A stretch of DNA of 64,000 nt from Geosiphon pyriformis uo1 (taxonomy: Eukaryota > Fungi > Glomeromycota): contig JAAOMT010000372.1 in NCBI GenBank assembly GCA_016748015.1, forward strand, positions 558,001-622,000, given 5' to 3'. The notes under the pieces were generated by a model that ran no database searches, was not told where the DNA came from, and saw nothing but the letters and a program-made list of their open reading frames with translations. Positions within the stretch are counted from its first letter, which is position 1, and each line of letters starts with the position of its first letter. This document shows positions 36,801 to 50,649 of this stretch, piece by piece. Made by a program: the position numbers and the translations under genes.

Positions 36801-39255
36801 TATATGTGCCTCGATGCAACTCAAAATACTTTTTAAAAAACCAAAAGTAGGTAATGAATGAAGTGTTGAAAAATGAGTCAAACAAACTCCCTTAAAATCT
36901 TACCAATTCTCCTCTCCATGTTACCAAGTCTTTTGACTCTTTTTCAAGGCGTTCATAAAAGTCATCTGCAGAACCCATTTCAACTTTCGGTAGACCATCC
37001 TATAAAGAAATTTACACATCAAAATTTGTGATTTTTCAACGATTCATTTCCAGAAATAAACCTAATATCTACTCACAATATCCTTCAGCCTACGCAATCG
37101 CTCAATCATTCCAGGAAGGGGACCGCCACCACCATCACCATTTCCATAAACCAACAAACTTTCATTGGTGTATTCTTTATCTTTATTGTTGGTTACGCTT
37201 TTGAGAAGCTCATTTACAGTTCCTTGTGCACAATAACTGAAAAAAAGGAAAAGAATAATTTAATAAGCAAATTATTAGATTTGATTGACGAAATAAAAAT
37301 GACATACGTTTCGCTTGGACACATGTGGGTTAATACCTATAAATTCAAATTGAATTAAAATTAAGATTTCAATGCAAGTGTCAATCAATTGATAAATCAA
37401 ACCTTGCTGCCGTCCAATCCAACCCAATAGAAAGTAGTATTAGGAAACTGAAATTTGCGTGAAATAACGAATCAGTATAAGTGGAAAGTGAAAAATGATA
37501 CTAGAAAAGTAAATAGACATAAAAGTAAAACCTTATTTATGTTATTCCAGGACAATTTTTGGGTGAAAAAATATTTTAGTCCAGAGTCTCGAATTATTTG
37601 CGGCAATTGGGCGGAGTAACCAAAAGTATCCGGTAGCCAGAAAATTTTGCATCGCTTCCCGAAATTTTTTTCAAAGAAACGTTGACTAAAATCGAAAATG
37701 GGATCAGGATTAAAGAGCACCTTATATATTCGACAATGAAAACTGTGCTTCCACTAATTGTTAATAAGAAAATGGCTATATTGAAAATACCCATAGAGAA
37801 ACTGTCGACAGAAAGATTCACCACTAGGAATATTACAATCCATTTCCACCCATGTCTACAAGGAAAGACAATTCATTATCAATACTGAAGCATATATAAT
37901 GATCATTGCAAGAAGTTGACATAACATAAAATTTTCAAAATACTCCTCCTATTGGCAAGAATTGATTATTATCTGCCTTATCTTGTACTTTCTTGAACAG
38001 TTTCGGATAATGCTCTTGCAACCATTCAAATTGCTGTGCTTGCGAGCAGACAAATTTAAATTCGGGATAAATATCCATTAGACCGAGCTGTGTGGACCAA
38101 CTACGCGCCACTTTACGTTTGGTTTCGTCAAATGGCCTGAATATCAACGCAATAAATTCAACATCAAATTTGTGAAAATTTTTCGTATACTGATGAAACT
38201 CACCATAACCAAGCGGTATCAATATGACAATGGCCAACAGCGATAAGTCGATGCTGTGTACTTCCGTTTTTATTTTTTAAAAATTCTTTCGCAATTTCAA
38301 GTCCTTTTTCAATTGACTTTTCTTCATTAGGTCGAAAAGCATTGATGATGTCGTTTGCGACGTACAATGCTTGTGAAGAACGTATAGAATCTCTTGGTAA
38401 ATCTTTGGCCATTCCACGAATAATTTGAAAATCATATAAAAGATTCCATGCAGCCTTGTTAGGCACAGTAATTTCTGCTTTTTGAAGTGTATAATGTTTA
38501 TCTGGATCGGGCGGGTTTATAAGTCCACGATTGCCGACGCCAAACATCCCATTACATGCCATTTCAATATAGAACTCAAAATTTTCACCACCCTCTGCAT
38601 TTCTGGTCAGAACATACTCAACACGACGGTCATCCCCCTCTTTCGTAAAATTTTAGATAGTGAATTAACCACATTTCATTGATTTTTATAATTTAACCAA
38701 TTTCAGAAAATAATGGGTAAAACTTACTTCCACCCGTAAGTCCTTGCACGGGAACACCATCAGTCGTCCAAATCATAGCCTCATTATTTGCATTCCATAA
38801 AAATTGCACTTCCTCATCTCTCCAGAATTCGGGAACGTTAACAAATACGTGGAACCAATGCGTTGACTAAAAAATAATTAGAAAAGGAATTTATTTGAAA
38901 TTCACGTAATTGATAAGTGTTATTGGATTTTAATTTAGCTTGCAGCTTCCAATTTTTGTTTTTTTTATCAAAACTTGAATTAACTTCTCGCCAATAACGC
39001 TCAACTTACCCAACTAGGACCGAAAGAGGTACCAACACTAGTGGGTGTAAACTCTTGTCGTACTGCTTCTTCAAACGGAATACGTTGCAAACCAGGTACA
39101 GAATAAACTTCGAGTTTGACATAGTCAAGGTGGTTGCTTCTTTCCTTATATAGTGTGGAATTTAAGTTTACATCTGCGAAAAATTCTGACGAAGTGAATT
39201 TTTCTATACGTTCAATTGTTATCCCTCTCACTAAACGAGGAAATTCCGAAGCCAT
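33819..39255 (-). CDS. AMS1: Glycoside hydrolase family 38 alpha-mannosidase (Ams1/MAN2C1 type), ~29 exons
   Basis: Spliced motifs [106 protein letters not shown]; ATG at 39255, TGA at 33819. Confidence 0.95.
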
Positions 39256-40959
39256 AATGATGAATTTGTACAAAAATTTTTAAATAATGAACTTTTCAGT
39301 CCTAATTTTTCATGATAAGAACGAAAAGGATATATATATATATGACAGCTGATGGAATCGATGATTTGGTAAACCCGTTCTTTGTCCACAATAAGTTACA
39401 TTGGGGCTTTGCATTGTTTGCTTTTCCATATGGGGATCCTGAAGTTCAAGTTCCCAGTTTTCGTATCATTGTATTATTGATTACAAAGTTAGAATTAATT
39501 TCTCAAATTTATTTTATCATAAAGTAAATAATAGATTATTTTTTCCAATAAATGATATTGCAACCGACTTTAAATGATCCCGAAGTTTAATTTGTGTAAA
39601 GCTTTACGTTTTGCCGATTTTAGATCGAAATATTCTCAGGCTAGATTATTATAATCTGGGAAATTTTTATTTCGTATAATCGATTATTGATTTCGAGAAT
39701 TAATCCACTGAAAAATATTTTGGGAATCTAAATGGCAATGTTATTGGAAGTAGCCTAAGAATTTAAATTGTTTTAGAAAAATTTTCTTATAGTGCCCAAA
39801 AAAACGATTATTTACATTAACAAGGTATCAAACAAATTTCATTTCAAACTTATATTCTAGCTTTTTGAATTAATGACCTGAGATGATGGCTTTATTTTTT
39901 AATTGCTTTCTTCCTTGTTTGCTTGTTATCTGTTTATTAGATGCTTTCAAAATTTTTAATGAAATCGAAAACAGAGCCATGTAATAAATGAACTTGAGTA
40001 ATTTCAAACTACATTTACATTTTTCTCAGGCTAAATACACCATGATAAATTCAGTTCAAATATTAAAGTGAATTATTTGGGAAATACGGCGAGATTTTTC
40101 ATATTATTACTTCCCAAATTTGATTTGAATAATATGGAAAGCTCGATCTGATTGACAAAAAATTACTTTTGAAAGAATCACTATTTTATAGGTAAGTAAG
40201 AGATGTTTACACTACACATCCTAAATAATACATTGTATTTTGTTATTTTGCCACAACCTTATTTTTTTAAAATACACAAATAAATTTGAAACTACTAATA
40301 AAAAACTTATCCAGCCCAATGAATACACTATTTTCTTTATGCAAAAAAGTCATCACCCAAAATTCTTTCCCATTAGAAGTAGCATCACCAAGAAAGACAT
40401 GAGATTTTTTAATAATAAGAGGGACGATTCACATAATGTAGAAAAGTTTTAAATTGATATGAAGGCATTTTGCTAGGTCTAAGAGATCAAATTCCCGTAA
40501 AATGACTTATTCGAATCCAAAGGCAAAATTCAATAATACCAGTAATCCCAGTAATACTGCTTTTCAAAAATTCTAGTTACTGTAAATAATAACTTTTTAA
40601 TAGCAAATACTGGCATCTAGTAAAGGCCAATTAACAGATCACTACATCAAGAGGTTCTACTTTATTTCCTTTTCCTAGGATGGGATTTAATAGAAAATTT
40701 CTTGGGATTTAAAGTTTGTCTCCTAATTATTTTTCAGTCTTTAATGATACATTTTAATTAAATTTGAAAGAAAATAGGCCAATTAAATCTTACGTATATT
40801 TTGATTTTTTAAAATAGTCCCTCTTAGTGATAAAAACAATAAATCTTTACAAAGAGAATTTTCTGCATATTATTCAAATATTCAAAAATTTTTACCAATT
40901 AAGAGCCAATCTAGTGACCTGAATGTTTATGGAAAATGATAGGTAATAATTTAAGCCAT

Positions 40960-42630
40960 TTACAATTCAAATTTAATTTTTTCATAATGTTCGATGAAGA
41001 AAGTCTTGCGATTTTCATTTATGAAGCTATAATGAATCAAAAATAATATAGGTCAGATTACTAACAATACGTCAAGTCTTGATAATCACAACCCATTGGT
41101 GCTTACTTTAGAAAATCTACTATATGTTCTTTCAAGGTTCCCACAATATCATCTCCCAGCAGAGATTGGGTCAAAATGTCTGGGAAAGTTACTAAATTAA
41201 AAAGTGTGAGATTTTACCCGAGAAATTCATTATTAGATTTTGATGATTAACCTACCAAACAATCGGAGTAAATGCTCTGCACCATATATATTATCATATT
41301 CCGGAGGATCAAACTTGCTTTTTAGATCATTATATTGTTTGCGTTCATCCCTATATAACAAGCGACCACTCAATGACTTATTGAAATAAAGCTTCACGCC
41401 TTTCAAAACTTCCTCGGCTTCTTCCCCAATTTCTCCGCTATTATTTGACTGGATTTTAATGAGGCAATAAAAGAGAATAATTATTGAGAAAAAAGGTGAT
41501 TTTTTGTTGATTACCTTTTTTCCTGCAAATGGCGCTTATAATCTTCAATTATGTTTTGGACTGATGGTTTCCGCGGTAAAGGTACTACCTAAATATTTGA
41601 ACAAAATATAACAATGTCTTCAGTACAAGTGAAAGGTTATTCCACTATTAATTAAAATTAAAAATATTTACTAGGTGATATTTATTTATATTCTCCCAAT
41701 CATGAACGAGAAGAGCTCTGAGTGGTTCTGGCACATCAAAAAGAGCGAGTTTTTGACGCTTGATGAGTTCATTCTTGGGATTTCATACAGGAATTTATAT
41801 CCAAGAATTAAAATGCGTAATTGTGTGATAGAATTTCCAAGAAATAATTAAGTAAAATACCTTATCAAAGATTGAATCTCTTTTGCGTTTTTTTGTCTTT
41901 TCAGAAGATACTCCACTTTCTTGTGTAAGTTTTTTTATCGGAGTGGATGACATAGTTGTGGAAGAGGTCGATGCAGCCGTGGAAGTTGATTTATTTTTCG
42001 ATTGTGCAAAAGTAGATTTGAGTGCTTTTTGTTTAGCAAGATTACTTTCATTAAATTTGAGAACACGCGACTCCACCACCCATTCGTCCCATCTTTTTGG
42101 GTGTCAACAGAAAATATTTCATTTGAATTTTCAGATCAAAAGAAAAGATATAATCTTCAATTGTGATATTTTTGAAGCATGACAAGGGATAAGAGAGAAA
42201 TATAACTTACGTATTTTTCCAGCCCTTGTAATGAATTAGGTAATGAGGACCAGTTTCGCTTGATTCTGGATGCTTTTCAGTAAACACTTCAGCCTTTAAT
42301 ATCTGATGGTTTTTAGAAATAGTGAGTCAATTCTTAATTTAAGTTAATTAGGACCAATAGGTATTTTCCCACCATCATTCTCTCCTTTTTAATTTCTTTA
42401 CATCAAGAAAAAGCAACCAACTTCACAAAATTGTTTTATAGTTGCCTCAAACGGAAGGAGAATTAAAAGGCTCTGATCTAGCAATCTCTCTTGAATAAAA
42501 ACAGTCAAGCAAGGAACCGCGAAACACGGTCATTAGAAAGCTTACACACCTTGGCTTCGTAAATCATGGGTCCATGATAGCACAATATTTTTTCGCCAAC
42601 CTGGAACGCCAATCCTTCGTTTTGTGCCAT
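40960..42630 (-). CDS. EAF3: MRG-family chromatin protein Eaf3/MRG15 (tudor-knot/chromo barrel + MRG domain), 8 exons
   Basis: MAQNEGLAFQVGEKILCYHGPMIYEAK / YLIHYKGWKNTWDEWV / HDWENI / VPLPRKPSV / LYFNKSLSGRLLYRDER / IYGAEHLLRLF joined across GT-AG introns; TAA at 40960-40962. Confidence 0.93.
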
Positions 42631-42983
42631 TACCTATCCTATTTTAAACAAGTTTTTATTGAAAGGAAAGTTAACCAATAAAGAATAAACTGTGTAGAGT
42701 GGCGACCTTTTGACGACTCACGCTATACTGTTTGTTAGCTATTCAACTAAAGAACTTGGAAGTTGGTCTAGCATAAACGGATATCAAATTTCCAATAGTG
42801 GTTAGTGCCAGTGCCACGCCGACTTTGTGAAATCCATATTGGTGAAATTTCCCGAACAGTAGTGCCACTTTTAATAAAGAGCACGGGTGACTATTATCAT
42901 TATTCAGCTGATTGGCTGTTCGTTTTCCTCACAAAAATAAAACCCTTTCCACCACTTCGGCTTCAAGTTTAAAGCGTCCTCCC
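42631..42983. promoter_or_regulatory. Probable bidirectional promoter between EAF3 and the CUE-domain gene
   Basis: Head-to-head start codons only ~350 bp apart; repeated AGTGCCA motif at ~42805, ~42810 and ~42861. Confidence 0.5.
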
Positions 42984-44085
42984 ATGAGCATGAATGACGG
43001 CATTAGTATTCTCCTTGCCATCTTCGTAATTGTATTAATCATTCGATGGCTACTTGGCAAGTATCTTTTGAGTGTAAAAATTACTCTTGAGCATTGAGAA
43101 TGACCAAGTTGTTCAATTGTTGTTTCATCAATCATTGTAGGAACAACTCCACCTCCCTCAACGAATAACCGAAGAGGTATTAATCTAACGCAAGAACAAC
43201 CTAGACGCGTGCGACCGGTTACAGCTGAAATGGTAGGAAATTGGAACTTCCTTGCAAAAACACCTTGTAATTTTCTAACTTTAAAAGGAATGTTTTTTTC
43301 AAAGATCGAAACGGTATGTGCCATGTTTCCTAATATTCCTCCAGCTGCGATCCAGTTTGATCTTCAGAAGACAGGTTCAGTTGAAGTAACGTGTGATAAT
43401 ATACTTAGAGATGGTGGGCTTCCTTTGGTATTATTATTAGTGGTCACTATAAACTCTTCGACTATGATTTTTTTTACATGGCCAATCCTAATTCTATGAT
43501 CTGAGTCTAGCCGCCTCCGCCTGTAACTCCAGCAGCTCCAATCCCCTCCACATCAAGTCCATCTTCATCTGCAACCGCCTCTTCTTCGATAGCCAACAAT
43601 AGTTCCTTAACTCAACAATCCCTTGTTCATAGGTACAAACTTCACGAAGCTGTCGCCTCAGATACCGTTCCCGATGAGCCCCCTAGGCAGTGGGAAGCTA
43701 CAGCTGACAAAAGACACGAATTATTACAAAAGAGAAAAGAAGCAATGGTCTTGCAGGCAAGAAAGTAAGTTTTGATTTCTTTCCCTAATTTTAAACAATT
43801 GTAGCTGCCGGTAATTTATTGCTTGTATTCTTATTTCTACTATTATGTCGAATTTTTTGAAGACGTTATCTTGAACAGCAAAATAAGAAACAAGACAATT
43901 CCCCATCACAATCACAAATATCATTTCCATCAACAAATTTTCAATTCATGCCCTCAACAAAAATATTACAATCTAATGAACCCGAGGTAGATGCAGAGGA
44001 ACAGATAACTCCTGAAGCTCGTCGTCAGCAAATATTACAAGCTACTGAATTACGAATGGGTTTTGGTAGCGGGAAAAAGTCCTGA
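42984..44085 (+). CDS. Cue1-like ERAD factor (N-terminal TM helix, CUE domain, C-terminal E2-binding-like helix), 5 exons; first intron GC-AG
   Basis: MSMNDGISILLAIFVIVLIIRWLLG (TM); RPVTAEMIETVCAMFPNIPPAAIQFDLQKTGSVEVTCDNIL (CUE, MFP motif); SLVHRYKL...WEATADKRHELLQKRKEAMVLQARKRY; TGA at 44083-44085. The start may be 42984 or 42990. Confidence 0.88.
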
Positions 44086-44567
44086 ACTATCCTGGAGAAT
44101 GTCGAAACAATTGAACTATATTAATTAAAACTTGGTTTCGATGATTTCTTCTTTTTTTGGAAACTGGGAAAAATGGGTCTATCATCACGAATCATTTTTT
44201 TGTATTTGGATTTTTTTTCATCGTTGACACTTTTCTCATTGCATTTACCAAAATTTTTGGCCTACCCCTTTCCGTTCTGGCTCTTCGAGATTTCTATGTT
44301 TGAAATATAAAGAACTAAATATCCCAGTTTCAAAGTTCGCTCATTTAATTTTGTGTTAATGAGCGCTTGTATATTATTTGTTCTCTTCTTTCAAGTGGAA
44401 ATTTCCAATTAAATATTTTAAAAAATGCATGCACAAACCCATTTAACAAAAGATGTGCACGTAGTGTGTTGTAGCACTGATTTTCTTGTGATTCCCTGTC
44501 CGGTAGACTATATAATATACCCAGCATAACTGTAACTTTGGAAATAGTCACCGGAGCTCGCAAGAGA

Positions 44568-47500
44568 ATGGATTACTTTAAGAATCTAAAAAGTCGGATA
44601 ACACCCCAAAAGGCACAACCTAGCCATGCTGAACAACTTGCCAAGTTCCGCAAGTGTTGGTCCTATGTCCAGGCAAGTTGACTACGTGCTGAGGGAAAGA
44701 AGGGGTTTATTTTTTCGAAAACCATGTTATACAGGTTCCAATCTTAATTTCAAAATACAAAGTAGTAAAATCGTGTTAGAGAAAACCCTGCATCTTTATA
44801 ACATTCTAAAGATAACCCTTTCCCCACAACAGGGCGCTACCGTCATGAATCCTGAAGACAAGGATAAAAAGCCTCCAGTAGAACATGTGGGTCAAACTGA
44901 AATTCCACAACGTCTCAAAACCATGGTAGACCTTCTGGTTGACGAAGGGCTTCGACTTGAAGATGTCAACACAGGTGTATGCATGGAGGAGTTTTTGAGA
45001 AACAACATTTTATCAGATTTAGTTAAGCTCTCTGAGACAGATTATCCCCCAGGAATCGGTGGCGAAGTGATTCGTACAGTTGCCAGCATGATTGATTTGT
45101 TAGATGATCGATTTTTGGTTCATAATGCGGTGCATCAGCCGACAGTTAAGCTTTTACGCACATGTGTTCATGACGAACAACAAAGCGAGAATTATCACGA
45201 GGATTTGGTTGATCTCATGTATATAATTTGCTCAAAGATTCACGGCTTTCCTGCCCTATTGAATATTTTCTTCCATGATATTCATTGGCTTACCACTCCT
45301 CAAAAAACTGTTCCGAAAAATCAAGCTACTCATGCAAAACAGACAAGCGTTTCTTCTAATAGCAGTCAAGATGGCAATCCCGATGACATCTCTTCGTTGG
45401 CAAGTAACAGCATAATAACAACAGCATCAACCAAAACAACAGAATTTACCGAAGAGACGGACAAACCTGAATATGAATTTTTCTTATTCACATATCTGTT
45501 GCGATTTGTTCATCGAGAGGGTAAGAGCGGAGATTTTGCGAGAACAGGTTTACTTTTTATAATGGAGCTTGCAGAAAATCAATTAGGAGATTTTATTTTG
45601 GAAAGTGATTTTGCTACAATTATGTCTGCTGGACTTGGGGCACTATATTCGCAACTACCACGAAAACTGATGGTCAAAAGCTCTAGTGGTGGATTAACCA
45701 ATGCCACCTTATTGGGATTTGGCGATAATACCAGTGCTGAACTAGAAAGATTACGTTCTGGAGGAATTGAAGTCTCTTCTTCTCCACAATTCATATTACA
45801 ACTTGATTCTTTTTTGAAACTCTTGGAATTCTGTCAAGATGTATTAAATAGATGCCCTAATGTTGATATATCTTTAGCTCTTTTACAAAATATTAAAACA
45901 ATCTTCCTAGAGAATATTTTATATCCTTCAATCATGGAGTGTTCAGATACTGATGGTTCTGCTGTAGCTGTCATCTCTTATATCGATATTATTTTGCAGA
46001 CATTAGAACAAGAAGAGTTGGTCGATGTGGTTGTTGGTTTTCTAATGGATTCAGATAGTGACGATGAAGATTTCTGGAAAAAAAAAACCACTAGCAAAGC
46101 GCAAAAAAGACAGAGCACCATTAATCTTTTTGCCGGAGTAGAAACAAGTCCAATTACATCGCCACCATATTTTACCGCTATTGGTAGATTTACACTTAAG
46201 GATTTAATTTTTTCACGTCTCAAATCCTCATCTCAACAAATCGTCATCGCTACCCTGAAACTTTTACATACGGTGATCTCTAAACATTGTCGGTATTCTT
46301 TGAAACTGTTGAATATAGAATTAGATGAAAGCGCTACCTGCTTTCCTCGACCCAATTACTTGGAGGACATACACAATAGCGAGATACTTGGTAAAAATAA
46401 ATACTCTCTAAATCAAAAGCTTACGACAATCAGTCATCATCTGCGGGAATTGGATCTGTTTTTTAGCCTCATTTCTACGATTGACCCGAAGAAGAATATG
46501 GAAATCTTTATTAACGGATATGAATGCTACGTACGAGACGCTGAGGCCATTATTGAAGCTGATTTGTGTTATCGGAACGGACAGGATATTGAATGGACGG
46601 AAGATGGACCTACTAAACCAAATGGTTCGAAAAATACGAGACAGCAAATTCTCGCCTATAGTGAAAGAAAATCAGGGAACAAGGATTCTACCAAGGGAAT
46701 GTCGTCTGTTCCGAAGCATCGACTAAATCCCACTGACCGTCACAACCCGAATGATTCACTTCTTCAAATCCTCATTGGTACCCTATCCAATTTCTTTGCA
46801 CATTCTCCTGAGCTTAATTTAGCTCTAACCGGCGTCATATCAGCTTTGGCGGTTTGTCCCTATCGATCTTTGGAAGGATGGCTTGTATTTAGTGGGGTTG
46901 ATAGGCTAGATAGAAGAGAATCTAGCGCCCGGGATTTAGAAAGCATTCAACATGACCCAAGAAATTTTGATATTGGAGTGGGCTCAGTTCACAATGAAAA
47001 TCAAACTTCATACGAAGGCGATGATAAACCTATCAATGAATCTGATGATGACGATGATCGATCTGTGGATTATAATGCTGATAAAAGCCCATCAGCAGCT
47101 AAAGCCATTGGCACAACCCCAATGTGGACAAATTTCCCTCCATTCTTTACTATATTCAAGACTTTAACACAACAAGTCGATTATTATCGTAGCGAAATCG
47201 AAAAATTTGATGAATATCTTGAGGAACGACGAAATGGGTTATTAGACGCTGAAGATGAAATTGACGAAAACTTTTTCAGACAACAGCCATCAACACTCGC
47301 TGTCCCTGCACGGAGCCGAAGAGCGAGCAATCCGGGTTATTCAGCAAATACACTATTCGTTCCTGGTAGCCCTTCCTCTTCATCTAACTACTCAAAAAAA
47401 GCTCGAAAAAGTGCTCCCCCATCTTCAAACAATCGTAATCTAAAAAGATCAAATTCACTTATTCAAGGGGATTCATCTTCAAATTCTTCTATTAATTCTC

Positions 47501-47844
47501 CCCTTTCTTCTTTGATGCCATCTTCGATGTCATCAAATGTAATTACCCCACTTTCAACTCATTTCTCTAAAACTGAAAGCATCAAAATCCAGCCTCTTTT
47601 CCCTACTCATTTTGTAAACGAAGACGAGGAAGAGGACTCTTATGATTTAGTAGATGATGAAGATGAAGATGTATTTGCTTCAAAGAAGCAAACTAGAACT
47701 AAAACCAAAGAAACTAAACCGAAAGAGATCACCCTGAGCTCTTTATTGAATAATGTCGTAATCCTAGAGGAGGCTGTTAAGGAGTTAGTGGCCATTGTTC
47801 AGGTTCGCAGAAGTCTAGGTATTGACGAGGTTAGATATCTGTAG
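44568..47844 (+). CDS. FHIP / retinoic-acid-induced-16-like family protein (FTS-Hook interacting), ~1038 aa; exons 44568-44672 and 44833-47844
   Basis: Long ORF with TGVCMEEFLRNNILSDLV, LLRFVHREGKSGDFARTG, GLGALYSQLP, FLENILYPS, ELNLALTGVISALAVCP and C-terminal NVVILEEAVKELVAIVQVRRS. The true N-terminus MDYFKNLK.. joins in frame through a GC-AG intron. Confidence 0.9.
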
Positions 47845-50649
47845 AAATATAAGGGATGACAAAATATGGCCTCGATACGCTCATAATTGCTCCAATTTCT
47901 CAGGGTATTTAAATCGAAGTCTCGAAGCAGGCTTCAATTTTACAATATCTAGAAAGCTTTTTTTGTGTATATAAAGAAATAATAAATAAATAGTACATAT
48001 TCTTATTTATTATAGTTTTCATCATTTCAAAAAGAGCAATTTGATTTTGAGATGGCAGATATCTCCAGAATTCTAATATACAGTAATAGGACACCGTTTT
48101 TTCATGGGTGTTGAATCAATTTTTAACAGCGAGACACTTAAGCCATATACCTTTTGAACTTTATATATCTTATGTTTAAATATATGATATATGTGCATTG
48201 AGATAATTATTCAAAGGCAAAAAATACTTGTGTCCTAAATTAGGATTGTAAATTTTATGTCAAAAGATTAAATTTTGCATAACACAAACTGCTAATTTAT
48301 AATTTATTAATAACAAAAATCTTCATTGTTGCTTTTAGCTTAATAAAATTTCAAAATAATAAACCAGTTTTTCAATTTTAACATTTATTGATTATATGAA
48401 TTAAAATATTTTCCAATTTACATTTTGTATAGTTTTATAGAAAAAAACATATATACAAAATGTAAATTAGTTAAAAGATATTTATAGTTATTTTAAAAGC
48501 TTTTTTAATGAAAAAATCTTTTTTTCTTTCTTAATTTTATGATTATAACTAAAATAAAGTAACTAATAAAGTTTTAATAAGAAAAAGTTTTTTGTTATTA
48601 AAATGGTTAAATAAAACATTTTGGCATTATTTTTTTTAAATATTGATAATAAAAAGCTGCTTTTAACAGTTTTTAGAATATTTTTTTCATTTTTGGTTAG
48701 TGATTTTTTTTCAGTTAGAGTTTTTTTCAAAAGATATACTAAAGTTAATTTCAATATTATTTTTACTTTTTTTAAAAACTTTAAAGTTTTTAATTAACAA
48801 GCTGATTTTTTTTGTTTTTATTACTATTATTATTATTTTATAAATGACCAAAAAGACCAAAAACTCTAAAAAAACAGTAGCAGTTGTTTATATTTGTTAT
48901 TATTATATTGAAATTTCAGATAAAATCTTTTTAATAGTAATTAATTTTATTTTTAATATAAATAACAATAATAATAATATGTTTTTTAAGATAAACCAAA
49001 ATCAATCATTGGCTATATTGTCAAATATAATGTTTTTTAGCAAATTACTATTGGTTTTTAATATAAAACAATTTATTAAGTTATTTAATCTTAAAAATTA
49101 TGCTAATTAAATAGAAATTAAGTTAATTTTTTTTTTAATATTAATTAAAAATTTTTTGAATAAATAATTTCCATTCTAATACTTAATATTACTTTTAAAA
49201 TCAAATTAATTTTGTTTTATTTGCTATTTAGTTTATTAAATTCAAATCTGTTTTAAAAAACAATATTAAATTGTTTTATATAAACTTTGTTTTTGAGTTT
49301 TTTTTGGTTATTATTACTAAAATTGCTATTAATAATTTTTTGTGATGATCTTTGGTTTCTTTTTTTTCTATTTTTAGTGTATTTTATAATATTTTTTTAA
49401 TATATTTTTTGATAATATTAAAAATATTTTTGGTGTTTTTAGTGTTGTTATTTTAGTCAAATTAAAACCAATTAATTTAAGACAATATACTATTGTTTAT
49501 TTTAAAAACTTTTTTTTTGCTGTTGTTGTTTTTAATAACTGGTTTATACTAATTAAAAAAGACAGTATTAAAATATATTTAATAAGAAACTTTTAAATAT
49601 TATTACTATTATAGATATTAAAATTTAAATTATTTGTCTATAAATTATAAAGTATTATTATTATTATTTTTTAAGTTATTTATTAAGTTTATTGTTGATT
49701 TTAAGTTTTTTATATTAGCTTTTATTGATAAAAAATCTTATATTACGACTTCTATTTTTCGGTTTTTTTGCTGTTTCTTTGATTATTTTTGTTATTAATT
49801 TTTAAACTAAATCTAAGTTAGATTTCTTAAAATCTTAAATTTTAGATTGGCTTTTTTAATCAAGTTTGTTATTAAATTAATTAGTTTTTTGTTTATATTA
49901 ATTATCATTTTTTTGAATATTTTTTTTGTCTTATATATAAATTTTAAAAATATAATTTGTATTATTTAAAGTAAAGTATCTGTTTTTAATAAAATTATAA
50001 GCCAGTTTTTTTTAAATATAATAATTAATTAAGATTAAATATAGTTTTAATATTAATTATATAAATAAATACAATATTAAGTTAATTACTTTTTAAAAAT
50101 GTCAACTTAATAGTGTTAAATCTAAAATAAATATAACTATTAAATAGTTAAATGGTTTTATTAAGAATAATAATATATTAATTATTATTATAAGTAAAAT
50201 ATTTTTTAAAACAGATTTTTTTATAGTTTTTAATATAATTTAGTTTAAGCTAAGTTTGTATTTAATTATATATAGAAAATATATAAATTATATCTAATTT
50301 AAGTTACTTAGTTTAATATATTATATTAAATAATAATAATACTTATATATTTGTTAATTTAATTTAATTTTAATAATTAATTATAAGCTTAATATAATAA
50401 ATTTTAATTAATTTTACCAATTTTAAAAATAAAGCAAGTTATATTTTAATATATAATTTTTTTAATTATATTATTATAATTGAAAATTTTAATTTTTATT
50501 AATTATTATATGTATTAGTTACTAATATTATATAATTAACCATTTTTAAAAAGTAATTATTAACTTAATTAATAATTTAACTATTAATCTAATTATTAAT
50601 TTAATTTATAATTTGATTATTGGCTTAATTATTGACTTAATTTTTAATT

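Noticed and set aside
42929-43324. 131-aa minus-strand ORF as EAF3 N-terminus or separate gene
   Set aside because: Antisense to the Cue1-like exons and introns; EAF3 has its own canonical start at 42630.
45579-47443. Small overlapping/antisense ORFs within the FHIP gene
   Set aside because: Shadow frames of a long coding exon.
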